From the NCBI GenBank assembly GCA_026400435.1, contig JAPLOZ010000019.1:5311-69310 (forward strand): a stretch of DNA of 64,000 nt, in the 5' to 3' direction. The notes under the pieces were generated by a model that was not told the origin of the DNA, did no database searches, and saw nothing but the letters and a program-made list of their open reading frames with translations. Below are positions 22,833-32,901 of the stretch, piece after piece. The first letter of the stretch is position 1, and every line of letters begins with the position of its first letter. Both the position numbers and the translations under genes were made by a program. This stretch comes from Hyphomicrobiales bacterium. Lineage in GTDB: Bacteria; Pseudomonadota; Alphaproteobacteria; Rhizobiales; Rhizobiaceae.

Positions 22833-24422
22833 ATGATACGCATCCTGTTCTTCCTCGTCATCGTCTTTGCGCTCGGGCTGGGCTTTGCCTGGCTTGCCGA
22901 CAGGCCGGGCGACATGGTCGTGACGTTTGCCGGCTACCAGTATCAGGTGAGCCTGATGGTCGCGGCGGTGGCGATCACGGTGATCGTGGCCGCCGTTATG
23001 ATTTCGTGGTGGCTGGTCAAGTCGGTGTGGAACAGCCCCTACACGATCGCGCGCTATTTCCGCGTGCGGCAACGCGATCGCGGCTATCAGGCGCTGTCTA
23101 CTGGCATGATCGCGGCCGGAGCGGGCGACGCAGCGCTGGCGCGCAAGATGAACAAGCAGGCAGCCAAGCTGATCCGCTCGGACACCGAGCCGCTGATCAA
23201 TTTGCTCGACGCGCAGGCGTCGCTTCTCGAAGGCGACCACGACGGCGCGCGCGAGAAATTCGAGCGGATGCTCGACGATCCCGAGATGCGGCTGCTCGGC
23301 CTGCGCGGGCTCTATCTGGAGGCCGAAAGGCTGGGCGACCGGTCGGCCGCGAGGCACTATGCCGGACGCGCGGCCGCCATCGCGCCGCAACTCGGCTGGG
23401 CAATCGACTCGACGCTGGAGGAAAAGACCGCCGCGGGCGACTGGGACGGCGCCCTCAAGCTGATCGCCGCGCAAAAATCAACCCGGCAGGTCGAGCACGC
23501 GGTGATCAACCGCCGGCGCGGCGTACTGCTGACCGCCAAGGCGCACGACCTTTTCGATACCGACCTTCCGGCGGCCAAGGCGGCGGCGCTCGAGGCGCAC
23601 CGCCTGCTGCCGGATTTTGCGCCGGCAGCGGTCATCGCCGCCAGGACGCTGTTTCGCCAGAACGATGTGCGCAAGGGCGCAAAGATCCTGGAAGCCGCGT
23701 GGAAGGCCGAGCCGCATCCCGATGTCGCCGACCTCTACGTGCACGCGCGGCCGGGCGACGCCGTGCTCGACCGGTTGTCGCGGGCCCGCAAGCTGGAGGC
23801 GCTCAGGACCAACAATGTGGAGTCCTCGCTGATCGTGGCGCGGGCAGCGCTCGACGCGCATGAGTTCAAGGAGGCGCGCGAAGCCGCCGAGGGAGCTATC
23901 CGCATGCAGCCGCGCGAGGGCGCGTACCTGCTACTTGCCGACATCGAGGAGGCCGAAACCGGCGACCAGGGCCGTGTCAGGCAGTTCCTCGCCATGGCGG
24001 TGCGGGCGGCGCGCGACCCGGCCTGGGTGGCCGATGGTTTCGTCTCGGAGCGTTGGGCCCCGGTGTCGCCGGTGACCGGCCGGCTCGATGCGTTCGAATG
24101 GCGCGTTCCGGTCGAGCGGCTCGGCCAGTTGATCGAACAGCAGGATGCTGGGTCTGTTCATCCGTCGCTGGCGCTGCCGGCGGCGTCCGTGCCGGCTGAA
24201 ATCACCGATGTCGATACGATGCTCGCCGGACCGATGGAGGTTGTCGATGTAACCCAGGCCGAGCCTGCGCCGCCACGGGCGGAGTCAGCGGTCGTAGCGA
24301 ACGCGGCGGTGGAGCCCGACGCACCTGCGGAGCCTGAGCCGGCGGAGCCGGCGCGCATGCCCGACGATCCCGGCGTCGATCCCCGGCAGGGCCAATCCGA
24401 GCGCAAGTTCCGCCTATTTTGA
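22833..24422 (+). CDS. hemY: HemY N-terminal/TPR protein
   Basis: MIRILFFL..WLADRPG, RGYQALSTGMIAAGAGD, TPR-like repeats, WAPVSPVTGRLDAFEW. Confidence 0.88.
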   Translation: MIRILFFLVIVFALGLGFAWLADRPGDMVVTFAGYQYQVSLMVAAVAITVIVAAVMISWWLVKSVWNSPYTIARYFRVRQRDRGYQALSTGMIAAGAGDAALARKMNKQAAKLIRSDTEPLINLLDAQASLLEGDHDGAREKFERMLDDPEMRLLGLRGLYLEAERLGDRSAARHYAGRAAAIAPQLGWAIDSTLEEKTAAGDWDGALKLIAAQKSTRQVEHAVINRRRGVLLTAKAHDLFDTDLPAAKAAALEAHRLLPDFAPAAVIAARTLFRQNDVRKGAKILEAAWKAEPHPDVADLYVHARPGDAVLDRLSRARKLEALRTNNVESSLIVARAALDAHEFKEAREAAEGAIRMQPREGAYLLLADIEEAETGDQGRVRQFLAMAVRAARDPAWVADGFVSERWAPVSPVTGRLDAFEWRVPVERLGQLIEQQDAGSVHPSLALPAASVPAEITDVDTMLAGPMEVVDVTQAEPAPPRAESAVVANAAVEPDAPAEPEPAEPARMPDDPGVDPRQGQSERKFRLF

Positions 24423-24444
24423 CCGCTATGATCTTGGAGACAGG

Positions 24445-24924
24445 ATGTTCGACCGCATACTCGCCTTCCTGAAGGAGCTACCGTCAGGCGTAGACCGCGA
24501 CAAGGCGCCCGGAGCCGATGATCCGCGCGTTGCGGCGGCTGCGCTGATGTACCACGTGATGGACGCCGACGGCGTGCGCCAGGATGCGGAGTGGGAGCGC
24601 ATGAAGGCGATCCTCGCCGAAGCCTACGGCCTGTCGGGCGAGGCGCTCGACGATCTGGTAATCGCCGGCGGCGCGGCCGATGAGGACGCGGTCGACCTCT
24701 ACACCTTCACCAGTCTGCTCAAGCGGCATCTCGATGCCGCGCAACGCATAGAGTTCGTCGGGCTGATGTGGGAAATCGCCTTCGCCGACGGCGAGTTGCA
24801 CGAACTGGAAGACAACACGCTGTGGCGGATCGCCGAACTGCTCGGCGTCGACCGGCGCGACCAGATCCTGGAACGCCAGAAGGCGAGGGCCGAGGCGCCG
24901 GCCGCACCCACGGCGGACGAATAG
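24445..24924 (+). CDS. TerB family protein
   Basis: AALMYHVMDADG..E, VDLYTFTS, MWEIAFADGELHELE. Confidence 0.85.
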   Translation: MFDRILAFLKELPSGVDRDKAPGADDPRVAAAALMYHVMDADGVRQDAEWERMKAILAEAYGLSGEALDDLVIAGGAADEDAVDLYTFTSLLKRHLDAAQRIEFVGLMWEIAFADGELHELEDNTLWRIAELLGVDRRDQILERQKARAEAPAAPTADE

Positions 24925-24933
24925 GGCGCCTTC

Positions 24934-25680
24934 ATGCCGCGAATCCAACGGCAAAGGGACAAGATCCTTGTCGTGCTGCATCAGGAGCGGTCGAGCGCGG
25001 GCCGCGTCGGCCATCAGCTGGTCGAGGCCGGCTTCGACCTCGACATCCGCCGTCCGCCGCTCGGCGACGAGCTTCCCGAGACGCTTGAACGCCATGCCGG
25101 CGCGGTCGTGTTCGGCGGGCCGATGAGCGCCAATGACGGCGACGAGTTCGTGCGCCGCGAGACCGACTGGCTGAAGGTGCCGCTTGGCGAAAACCGTCCG
25201 TTCCTAGGCATCTGCCTCGGCGCGCAGATGCTGGTCAACCACCTCGGCGGCAGGGTGGAGGGCCATGGCGAGGGGCTGGTCGAGATCGGCTGGTATCCGC
25301 TCAAGGCGACCGACGAGGGCAAGGCGCTGATGCAGTGGCCCGAGATGGTCTACCAGTTCCACCGCGAGGGCTTTTCGCTGCCGAGGGATGCGACGCTGCT
25401 GGCGACGGCCGAGACCTATCCGAACCAGGCGTTCCGCTACCGCGACAACGCGTGGGGCATCCAGTTTCACGCCGAGCTGACCCAGATGATGATGCAGCGT
25501 TGGGTGGTGCATGGCGCGCATCGTTTCGACCTGCCCGGCGCGCAGTCCGGACGGGACCACCTCGGCGGCCGCCTGATCTGGGATATGCATCTGAAGCGCT
25601 GGCTCCAGGAATTCCTCGCCACCATCTTCGGCCGACCTGCCGACAGCACAATTTCTGGATCGAAGGGAATGTCACGATGA
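24934..25680 (+). CDS. Type 1 glutamine amidotransferase
   Basis: FGGPMSAND, LGICLGAQ nucleophile elbow, IQFHAE. Confidence 0.88.
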   Translation: MPRIQRQRDKILVVLHQERSSAGRVGHQLVEAGFDLDIRRPPLGDELPETLERHAGAVVFGGPMSANDGDEFVRRETDWLKVPLGENRPFLGICLGAQMLVNHLGGRVEGHGEGLVEIGWYPLKATDEGKALMQWPEMVYQFHREGFSLPRDATLLATAETYPNQAFRYRDNAWGIQFHAELTQMMMQRWVVHGAHRFDLPGAQSGRDHLGGRLIWDMHLKRWLQEFLATIFGRPADSTISGSKGMSR

Positions 25681-26375
25681 CTGCACGGGAAGCGGGCTAC
25701 GCCGTCGAGCCGCAGCCGGCCGCGACGCTGCCGGTCGCAGGCTCCGACCTGGTCTTTCCGGTCCACCGCGTCTATTGCGTCGGGCGAAACTACGCGGCGC
25801 ATTCGATCGAAATGGGCGGCAATCCAGACCGCGAAGCGCCGTTCTTCTTCCAGAAAAACCCGGACAATCTCGATACCGGCGGCAGCTTCCCCTATCCCTC
25901 CGCCAGCAGCGACGTGCATCACGAGATCGAGCTGCTGGTGGCGCTTAAGTCGGGCGGCGTCGACATTCCCGTCGCAGGCGCCCTGGCCTGTGTCTATGGC
26001 TACGGCGTCGTGCTGGACATGACGCGACGCGACCTGCAGGCGAAAGCCAAGGAACTCGCGCGGCCATGGGAGACGGCGAAGGCGTTCGACCACTCCGCGC
26101 CATGCACGCCAATTGTTGCGGCGGACAGGATCGGCCATCGGAGCGAGGGCGCGATCTGGCTCGACATCAACGGCGAACGGCGGCAGACCGGCGACCTCAA
26201 CCAGATGATCTGGAAGGTGCCGGAGATGATCAGCTACCTGTCCGGCCTGTTTTGCCTGAAAGCCGGGGACGTGATCCTGTCTGGGACGCCATCGGGTGTC
26301 GGCGCGGTACAGCGCGGCGACCTGATGCACGGCCACATCGACGGCATCGGCGATCTGGACGTCCGCGTCATCTGA
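25677..26375 (+). CDS. Fumarylacetoacetate hydrolase family protein
   Basis: VYCVGRNYAAH, FFFQK, HHEIEL, DMTRRDLQ, GDVILSGTPSGVG. Confidence 0.92.
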   Translation: MTAREAGYAVEPQPAATLPVAGSDLVFPVHRVYCVGRNYAAHSIEMGGNPDREAPFFFQKNPDNLDTGGSFPYPSASSDVHHEIELLVALKSGGVDIPVAGALACVYGYGVVLDMTRRDLQAKAKELARPWETAKAFDHSAPCTPIVAADRIGHRSEGAIWLDINGERRQTGDLNQMIWKVPEMISYLSGLFCLKAGDVILSGTPSGVGAVQRGDLMHGHIDGIGDLDVRVI

Positions 26376-26436
26376 TCCGAGGCAAGTACTCGCAGGCGAG
26401 GGGGCAGGCCTTGACTTGCGATAGCGAAGTGTCTAG

Positions 26437-26457
26437 TTGCAAATGAATTGCATTTGC
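26437..26457. promoter_or_regulatory. Mur/Fur-family (manganese-responsive) box upstream of mntH
   Basis: AT-rich TTGCAAATGAATTGCATTTGC (TGCAAAT..TTGCA dyad) immediately upstream of mntH in GC-rich DNA. Confidence 0.7.
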
Positions 26458-26467
26458 GGAGAAGTGC

Positions 26468-27835
26468 GTGGTGGACGTGGCGGTCGAAGCCAAGCGGGAG
26501 GCCGACGGGCAGGCCGAGGGAAAGGGCTGGCTGAGGCAGCGCAGCGAGCCGTCGCTCGTAGAGGTGTTCCGGTCGGTCGCGGTCCGCGCCGACGCCTCGA
26601 CCTTGCGCAAGTTCGCGTCCTTCATGGGGCCCGGCTACCTGGTGGCCGTCGGCTACATGGACCCCGGCAACTGGGCGACGTCGCTGGCTGGCGGCTCGCG
26701 CTTTGGCTACGCGCTGCTAGCCGTCGCACTGCTGTCGAACATGATGGCGATCCTTCTGCAGCATCTCTGCGCCCGGCTCGCCATCGCCACGCGGCGCGAC
26801 CTCGCGCAGGCCTGCCGCGACGCCTTTCCGCGCCCCGTCGCCTGGCTGCTCTGGCTGCTCGCGGAAATCGCCATCGTCGCCACCGATATCGCCGAGGTGA
26901 TCGGCACCGCGATCGGCCTCAACCTCCTGTTCGGCATCCCGCTGGAGCTTGGCGTCGTCATCACCGCGCTCGACGTGTTCCTGATCCTGTGGCTGCAGAA
27001 CAAAGGGTTCCGCTGGATCGAGGCCTTCGTCATCACGCTGCTCGGCGTGATCGCGGTGTGTTTCCTGGTGCAGATCCTGCTTGCCGACCCGAACTGGGGC
27101 GATGTGATCAGGGGATTTGCGCCGACCACCGAACTCGTAACCAACCCCGACATGCTCTATCTGGCGCTCGGCATCATCGGCGCCACCGTGATGCCGCACA
27201 ATCTCTACCTGCACTCTGCCATCGTGCAGACCCGCGCCTATGGCGACACCATGCCCGAGAGGCGCGAGGCGCTGACATTCGCGACGTGGGATTCGACGAT
27301 CGCGCTGATGTTTGCGCTGACCGTCAACGCGTCGATACTCATCCTTGCCGCAGCAACCTTCAATGTCGCCGGACAGACCGGCGTGGAGGATCTCGGCGAC
27401 GCGCACAACCTTCTGGCGCCTTTGCTCGGGCTGGCGATCGCGCCGTCGCTGTTTGCCATCGCGCTGCTCTGCTGCGGCCTGAACTCGACGGTGACGGCTA
27501 CCATGGCCGGCCAGATCGTCATGGAGGGGTTCATCAATTTCCGCATCAAGGCATGGATGCGGCGGCTCCTGACGCGCGGCCTCGCAATCATTCCCGCAGC
27601 GGCGGTGACCATCATCTATGGCGAGGCGCAGACCGGAAAGCTGCTCATCTTGACGCAGGTCGTGCTCAGCCTGCAACTGCCCTTCGCCGTCGTCCCTCTG
27701 GTGATGATGACGGCGTCGAAGGACAAGATGGGCGCGCTCGTATCGCCACGCTGGATAACGGCGCTGGCGGCGGTGGTCGCGGCGCTGATCATCGCGCTCA
27801 ACGTCAAGCTGGTGGTGGATTTCCTGATGGGGTGA
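26468..27835 (+). CDS. mntH: Nramp family divalent metal (Mn2+) transporter
   Basis: [40 protein letters not shown]. Confidence 0.95.
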   Translation: MVDVAVEAKREADGQAEGKGWLRQRSEPSLVEVFRSVAVRADASTLRKFASFMGPGYLVAVGYMDPGNWATSLAGGSRFGYALLAVALLSNMMAILLQHLCARLAIATRRDLAQACRDAFPRPVAWLLWLLAEIAIVATDIAEVIGTAIGLNLLFGIPLELGVVITALDVFLILWLQNKGFRWIEAFVITLLGVIAVCFLVQILLADPNWGDVIRGFAPTTELVTNPDMLYLALGIIGATVMPHNLYLHSAIVQTRAYGDTMPERREALTFATWDSTIALMFALTVNASILILAAATFNVAGQTGVEDLGDAHNLLAPLLGLAIAPSLFAIALLCCGLNSTVTATMAGQIVMEGFINFRIKAWMRRLLTRGLAIIPAAAVTIIYGEAQTGKLLILTQVVLSLQLPFAVVPLVMMTASKDKMGALVSPRWITALAAVVAALIIALNVKLVVDFLMG

Positions 27836-27905
27836 GGGGTCCCCAACGCAATCGATCCCCACTCCGGTTTGCTCACGCATTGGGCGATTGAAGTGTGCCC
27901 GTCAG

Positions 27906-28232
27906 TCAGCCCTTCGGCAGATAGGACAGCGTACCCGCCACATCGGTGTCGTCGATGAGCTGGAAGCGGCTGTCGCTGCCTTTCCGCCGAGCCGCTACAA
28001 ACGGCGCATAGGCGGGATCGTTGACGAAAGCCTCGGCATCCTCAGTGGTCGGGAACTGCATGATCGCGATCAGCGAAGCGCCCAGCGGCCTGCCCTCCAG
28101 GGTCTTCACATTGCCGCTGCGCGACAGATATTTGCCACCATGTTTGTGGACCAGATTGTGGACCGAGGCGGCATACTCCGGAACCCAACCGTCGTTGGTC
28201 ACCTTGATGTCTGCGATAAGGTAGGCTGACAT
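27906..28232 (-). CDS. DUF1330 family protein
   Basis: MSAYLIADI, HGGKYLSR..LEG, QFPT.EDAEAF..DPAYAP. Confidence 0.85.
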   Translation of the reverse strand: MSAYLIADIKVTNDGWVPEYAASVHNLVHKHGGKYLSRSGNVKTLEGRPLGASLIAIMQFPTTEDAEAFVNDPAYAPFVAARRKGSDSRFQLIDDTDVAGTLSYLPKG

Positions 28233-28336
28233 TGTCTTGTTTCCTGTTTGGTGGTCGGCACGGCTGATACCGCAACCGTCCCAATCTCTCGCAGGAGAGC
28301 GACAACGTGCTCCAGTCCTGAAACTGTAGCTGACAG

Positions 28337-28351
28337 GTACAGAGTCTGTAC
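28337..28351. promoter_or_regulatory. Putative operator of the HxlR regulator
   Basis: Perfect palindrome GTACAGA-G-TCTGTAC in the divergent DUF1330/hxlR spacer; weaker similar site at about 28314-28329. Confidence 0.55.
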
Positions 28352-28406
28352 TGGCCGACTTAGAGCCACCGGGATAACAGATCGTAGTTCAATTCGAGGA
28401 AATCCC

Positions 28407-29102
28407 ATGAATCAGGCCGGCTACAAACAATTCTGTCCGCTCGCGATGGCCGCCGAGCTGCTCTGCACACGATGGACCATGGTTCTGCTGCGGGAACTGG
28501 TCGCCGGAACGACACGCTTCAACGACTTGCGACGTGGCGTACCGAAAATGTCGCCGACCCTTCTCTCACAACGCCTGAAGGAACTTGAAGCGGCCGGCGT
28601 CATCGAGCGGCGACCGCTCCCTTCCGAGAAGGGCGTGTTCGAGTATCACATGACAGAGTCAGGCAGAGACCTCCGCCAAGTCGTTGAAGCGATGGGCTTC
28701 TGGGGGCAGAAGTGGGTCGAGGCCCGGCAGTCCCTCAAAAATCTCGATCCGTCACTTTTGATGTGGGATATGCGGCGCAACCTGAACCCATCCCCGCTGC
28801 CGCGTCGTCGCACGGTGATACAGTTTCTCTACCCCGAACTTGCACAATCCAAGCGCTACTGGTGGCTCGTCGTCGAGCCGCACGGCGAGGTCGATTTGTG
28901 CTGGGCCGATCCCGGCTTCGACGTTGACCTCTATGTCACCACCGATCTTGGCACCATGACTTCAATCTGGATGGGGGTGACCACCGTGGCAAGGGCTGCC
29001 GATCTTGTGACCCTGACTGGCGACAGGGCCATTGCAAGCACAATGCAGACGTGGCTCGGCCTCAGTCCATTTGCCGTCGAACCGAAACGCGTGGCTGCCT
29101 GA
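28407..29102 (+). CDS. HxlR-family wHTH transcriptional regulator with C-terminal SCP2-like extension
   Basis: YKQFCPLAMAAELL..RWTMVLLREL, RFNDLRRGVPKMSPTLLSQRLKEL; GAGGA SD. Confidence 0.88.
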   Translation: MNQAGYKQFCPLAMAAELLCTRWTMVLLRELVAGTTRFNDLRRGVPKMSPTLLSQRLKELEAAGVIERRPLPSEKGVFEYHMTESGRDLRQVVEAMGFWGQKWVEARQSLKNLDPSLLMWDMRRNLNPSPLPRRRTVIQFLYPELAQSKRYWWLVVEPHGEVDLCWADPGFDVDLYVTTDLGTMTSIWMGVTTVARAADLVTLTGDRAIASTMQTWLGLSPFAVEPKRVAA

Positions 29103-29173
29103 TCTGGTCTGGGGACGATCTGCAAGGCAAAGACAACGGACGCGCGGCTCGCGCCCGCTCAACACTTGATCCA

Positions 29174-29200
29174 CCTCTCCCCCGGTTGGCGGGGGAGAGG
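29174..29200. repeat. GC-rich hairpin (REP-like element or bidirectional terminator) between convergent genes
   Basis: CCTCTCCCCCG-GTTGG-CGGGGGAGAGG, 11-bp stem. Confidence 0.55.
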
Positions 29201-29213
29201 AAGATCGCTGCGA

Positions 29214-31415
29214 TCAGTCAATCGCCTTGACGTTGCCGAGGCGCAGGAACAGCGTCTCGCCCGAGGAATCGTCGACGCCGTCATTGTCGGTGACGACATA
29301 GGCATCGCCATTGCTGTCGATGGTGAAGCCCTCGACCTTGTCGAGGACATAGCCCCCGGTCGACTTCAGGTCGGGCATCAGGTCGCGCACCAGCGTCTTT
29401 TCGACGAGCGGCAGTTCGCCGCCGAGCTTGGCCGGCTTGAAGGCGTCAAGCGCAACCGAATAGATGCGCTTCACCTTGGCGCTCGAGCCAATCTGGTTAT
29501 CGCGCTCGACGATGTAGAGCTTGCCGTCATGCGCGGTGATCTCGGAGAGGCCGATCCAGCCGTCTTCAGCCGTTTCCAGCGGGTAGCGCACGGCCGACCA
29601 TTCCTTGTCCTTCGGCTTGTAGGCGAGCAGCTTGGTCTGCCCCTTGGGATCGTCGCCCCATTCGCGCTGCACGGCCATGACCAGCATCAGGTCGTCGCCT
29701 TTGCCAACCGTGGTGATGCCTTCGAGACCGAAGCGGGTCTGGCCGGCCAGGAGTTCGACCGGGAAGCCGATTTCCTGCTTGATTGCGCCCTTCTCGTCGA
29801 CATGCAGGATCGCGTGCGGCACGAGCTTGGCCGAATCGCCTTCGTTGGCGATCCAGAAGCCGCCTTCGCCGTCCGCGGCGATGCCCTCGAAGTCGAGCTT
29901 CTGTGCGGGCGCGCCGTCGCGCGTGACGACAGTCTTGCCGGTAATCAGCGCCGGGGTCTTTGTCGTGTCGATCGTGAAGATCGCGGGTTCGTTCTTGTAG
30001 AAACTGTCCGAAACGGCATAGAGCGCGCCGGCCTTGGCCGGATCGGCTGCGAGACCGGAGAGAGCGCCCCAGCCGAGCGGCGTGCCCTCGTCGGTCAAGC
30101 CAGCGGCGATCATCGGATAGGATGCAACGCCTTCCGCTCGTTCGTAGATCATGACGTGCGAGCGTGCGCCGCCGTCCTCGACGAGGTCCGCCTCGTTCGC
30201 GGTGACCAGAAGATTGCGCGCGGGAATCGCGACAAGGCCTTCGGGCGCGATGCCGGAAGGCAGCAGCTGCTGGAATTGCGGTTCGCCGCCGGTGTCCTTG
30301 TACACGCCGATCAGCGAGCCGCGCTCGGCGGTGACGAAGAAAAGCTTGTCGTCGCCGAACTTGGCGGTATCCAGGCCTTCGGGCTCTATGCCCTTCTTGC
30401 CAGCGCGGGCGTCCGGGAAATGGCCGGCATTGGCGGCTTCGTATTCGAAAGCCGCGCCCGAATCGTAGAGCAGTTCGCCGGTCTTCGAGAAGATGCTGAA
30501 GCCGCGCGTGCCGCCGTGATAATCGCCCTCGTTGGCGACGACGATACGGTCATTGTCGAGCCATTTGACGGCATCGGGCTCGCGCGGCGTATCCTTGAAG
30601 CTGCCAGTGAAGGAAAGGGCGCCATCCTTCTTGGTGTCGATCTTGTCGAGCGATGCGGTGCCGGCGGAGAAGTGGGACACAATCTTGCCGGTGGCCGCAT
30701 CGACGATGGCGATGTGGTTGTTTTCCTGCATTGTGAGGGCAATTTCCCCGGCTTCGTTGAAAGCAACGAATTCGGGCTCGGGATCGTCGCCGGCGATTTC
30801 GGAAAGCCCGGTCATGGCGACCGTCTTCATCGTGGCGCAATCGGGCGTGCCGGCTGAAAGCATGAAGATTTTGAGATCGCCAGCTGGCATTTGCGGGATT
30901 TCACCGTCGTTCAACTCTTCGTCACGCTCATTCTCGATGGCGACGGCCAAAAACTTGCCGTCCTTGCTCAGAGCGACAGAGTCAGGCTGTCCGCCAACGT
31001 CGCAGGACGCTTCGATCGTTTTCGACGCGATGTCGATGACGGTCAAATTGCCGGTGGGATTGGCCTTGCTTTCCGAGGTGTTGACCCCGGCAAGAACCTT
31101 GGAGCCGGCGATGGTGACCGAGGTCGGCTCGCCGTCGATCTTGACGATTCCGGCGGCCTTTGGCGCCTTCGGATCGGCGATGTCGATAAAGCCGACCGCG
31201 CCGAGCGGGCTGTCGGAATAGACCAGCGTCATGCCATCCTCGCTGGCGGCGATGATCTCTGACGAAGTCGGCGTGGCCTTGTCGATGTCGGCCGGCAGGT
31301 TGTCGGCGACGGCGAAGCTCGCGATGCGGTTGAACATCATGTCCGCTTGGGCCGGCAGCGAGACGGAGGCAGCGAGTGCGGCGGTGAGGGCAAAGAGCGT
31401 CGATTGGCGGGGCAT
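29214..31415 (-). CDS. Secreted esterase-like/phytase-like (alkaline phosphatase-associated) beta-propeller protein
   Basis: Signal peptide ..AQA, DPEPEFVA, REPDAVKW, GIEPEG, DFEGIA, C-terminal KVEGF..VVTDNDGVDDSSGET; Pho box upstream. Confidence 0.8.
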   Translation of the reverse strand: MPRQSTLFALTAALAASVSLPAQADMMFNRIASFAVADNLPADIDKATPTSSEIIAASEDGMTLVYSDSPLGAVGFIDIADPKAPKAAGIVKIDGEPTSVTIAGSKVLAGVNTSESKANPTGNLTVIDIASKTIEASCDVGGQPDSVALSKDGKFLAVAIENERDEELNDGEIPQMPAGDLKIFMLSAGTPDCATMKTVAMTGLSEIAGDDPEPEFVAFNEAGEIALTMQENNHIAIVDAATGKIVSHFSAGTASLDKIDTKKDGALSFTGSFKDTPREPDAVKWLDNDRIVVANEGDYHGGTRGFSIFSKTGELLYDSGAAFEYEAANAGHFPDARAGKKGIEPEGLDTAKFGDDKLFFVTAERGSLIGVYKDTGGEPQFQQLLPSGIAPEGLVAIPARNLLVTANEADLVEDGGARSHVMIYERAEGVASYPMIAAGLTDEGTPLGWGALSGLAADPAKAGALYAVSDSFYKNEPAIFTIDTTKTPALITGKTVVTRDGAPAQKLDFEGIAADGEGGFWIANEGDSAKLVPHAILHVDEKGAIKQEIGFPVELLAGQTRFGLEGITTVGKGDDLMLVMAVQREWGDDPKGQTKLLAYKPKDKEWSAVRYPLETAEDGWIGLSEITAHDGKLYIVERDNQIGSSAKVKRIYSVALDAFKPAKLGGELPLVEKTLVRDLMPDLKSTGGYVLDKVEGFTIDSNGDAYVVTDNDGVDDSSGETLFLRLGNVKAID

Positions 31416-31475
31416 GGCGGCATCTCCTTTGGATATGAATCACGCCATGCTTTGGGGCGGCCGTATTTCACCGGG

Positions 31476-31504
31476 ATGACACGGCCATGACAATTGCGTG
31501 ACGT
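31476..31504 (-). promoter_or_regulatory. Pho box (PhoB-binding direct repeats)
   Basis: Minus strand ACGTCAC-GCAA-TTGTCAT-GGCC-GTGTCAT: three CTGTCAT-like units at an exact 11-bp period, 60 nt upstream of the ATG at 31415. Confidence 0.75.
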
Positions 31505-31652
31505 GAACGCCTCCGGAGATGCCGGCGCAGAAAACGGCAAAGATTCTTGCCCAAGCCGGCGAACACGGCTATATACGCCGCGATTTCCCAAAAATTCGGT
31601 GGTTTGACCACCGCCCGCGACAGGGACGCGGGCGAGCGAGAGGATTTATCTT

Positions 31653-32336
31653 ATGGCCAATACGCTTCTGATGCCCAAGGCGACCGCGGTCTGGCTGGTC
31701 GACAATACCGGCCTTTCCTTCGAGCAGATCGCGATGTTCTGCGGCTTGCATCCCTTGGAGGTGAAGGCAATCGCCGACGGAGAGTCGGCGCAGGGCATCA
31801 AGGGCATGGATCCGATCATGACCGGCCAGCTGACGCGCGAGGAGATCGCCAAAGGCGAGGGCGACCACAACCACCGCCTGCACCTATCGGACCCGAAGGT
31901 TCGCGTGCCGGAATCCAAGCGCAAGGCGCCGCGCTACACGCCACTTTCCAAGCGCCAGGACCGGCCGAACGCCATCTTGTGGCTGGTGCGAAACCATCCC
32001 GAGCTGAAGGACGCGCAAATCTCGCGGCTGGTCGGCACGACCAAGTCGACGATCGAGCAGATCCGCGACCGCAAGCACTGGAACGCTCCCAACCTCGTGC
32101 CGATGGACCCGGTTACGCTGGGGTTGTGCTCGCAGATCGACCTCGACATCGAGGTCAATCGCGCATCCAAGGGAAAGGAACAGCCGGCGCCGGTCGGCGA
32201 TACGCTGCTGCCGGCGGCCCTCACCGAGCGGCTGCAGCCCGAGCAGCCCAAGGTCAAGAGCGACGACGACGAACTGGATGCGGACGCGGTGTTCGCCAAG
32301 CTTTCCGCCCTCAAGGGAAAGCCCGAGGAAGAGTAG
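31653..32336 (+). CDS. trcR: DUF1013 protein (TrcR-like cell-cycle transcription regulator)
   Basis: LLMPKATAVWLVDNT.LSFEQIA.FC.LHPLEV, RYTPLSKRQDRPNAILWL. Confidence 0.88.
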   Translation: MANTLLMPKATAVWLVDNTGLSFEQIAMFCGLHPLEVKAIADGESAQGIKGMDPIMTGQLTREEIAKGEGDHNHRLHLSDPKVRVPESKRKAPRYTPLSKRQDRPNAILWLVRNHPELKDAQISRLVGTTKSTIEQIRDRKHWNAPNLVPMDPVTLGLCSQIDLDIEVNRASKGKEQPAPVGDTLLPAALTERLQPEQPKVKSDDDELDADAVFAKLSALKGKPEEE

Positions 32337-32862
32337 GACCGGGCGGCCGCTCCTCGACCGCCTTCCTCAGAATCTCCGCCACGAAGGCGCTTTTACCGTC
32401 GGTGTAGCTAGCAAAGTCGCCGTCGGCAGCGGCCGCGAGGCGGCGCTTCAGCGCTTCATAGGCGACAGCGTCCTGGGGGTGCGTGCGCAGCCAGTCGCGG
32501 AACAGGATGCGCTCACGATGCGCCTCGTTTGCCGGGCCGCAGAGATAGAGCCTGACGCCGCGGATGCTGCCGCTGGTGAACGTCCACCGGCCATCGCCAT
32601 AGGGGTCGCCGTGAAAGTCATAGGCGCCCGTCGTCCTGAAGCGGGCGACGGCGTCCGGCACGTGCCCATGCGCCCGCATGACCGCGTCAATGTCGATCTT
32701 TGGTTTGGCGGCGAGACCGGGAACCGACGTGCTTCCGATGTGGTCGACGCTCTCGACCAGCTCGCCGAGCACCGCAAGGATACGGTCGCGCTCGGCGGCA
32801 AACAGCAGAGGCCAGGCGGGATCATAGTCCAGAAGCACAACCGGTCGCATGCCGAACAGCAT
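32311..32862 (-). CDS. GrpB family (UPF0157) nucleotidyltransferase-fold protein
   Basis: YDPAWPLLF..E, HIGSTSVPGLAAKPKIDID, LFRDWLR.HP..YEALK, YTDGK. Confidence 0.9.
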   Translation of the reverse strand: MLFGMRPVVLLDYDPAWPLLFAAERDRILAVLGELVESVDHIGSTSVPGLAAKPKIDIDAVMRAHGHVPDAVARFRTTGAYDFHGDPYGDGRWTFTSGSIRGVRLYLCGPANEAHRERILFRDWLRTHPQDAVAYEALKRRLAAAADGDFASYTDGKSAFVAEILRKAVEERPPGPTLPRAFP

Positions 32863-32901
32863 GGCTGATTCCCGGTGCGGCGTTAACCTGCCGGGGCGCC
32901 C

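Noticed and set aside
19638-24422. Mitofilin/Mic60 homologue within the heme operon as a novelty
   Set aside because: The hemC-hemD-mic60-hemY arrangement is already described in Alphaproteobacteria.
24445-24924. Tellurite-resistance or defence island
   Set aside because: A lone TerB-family gene in a core context, with no other ter genes.
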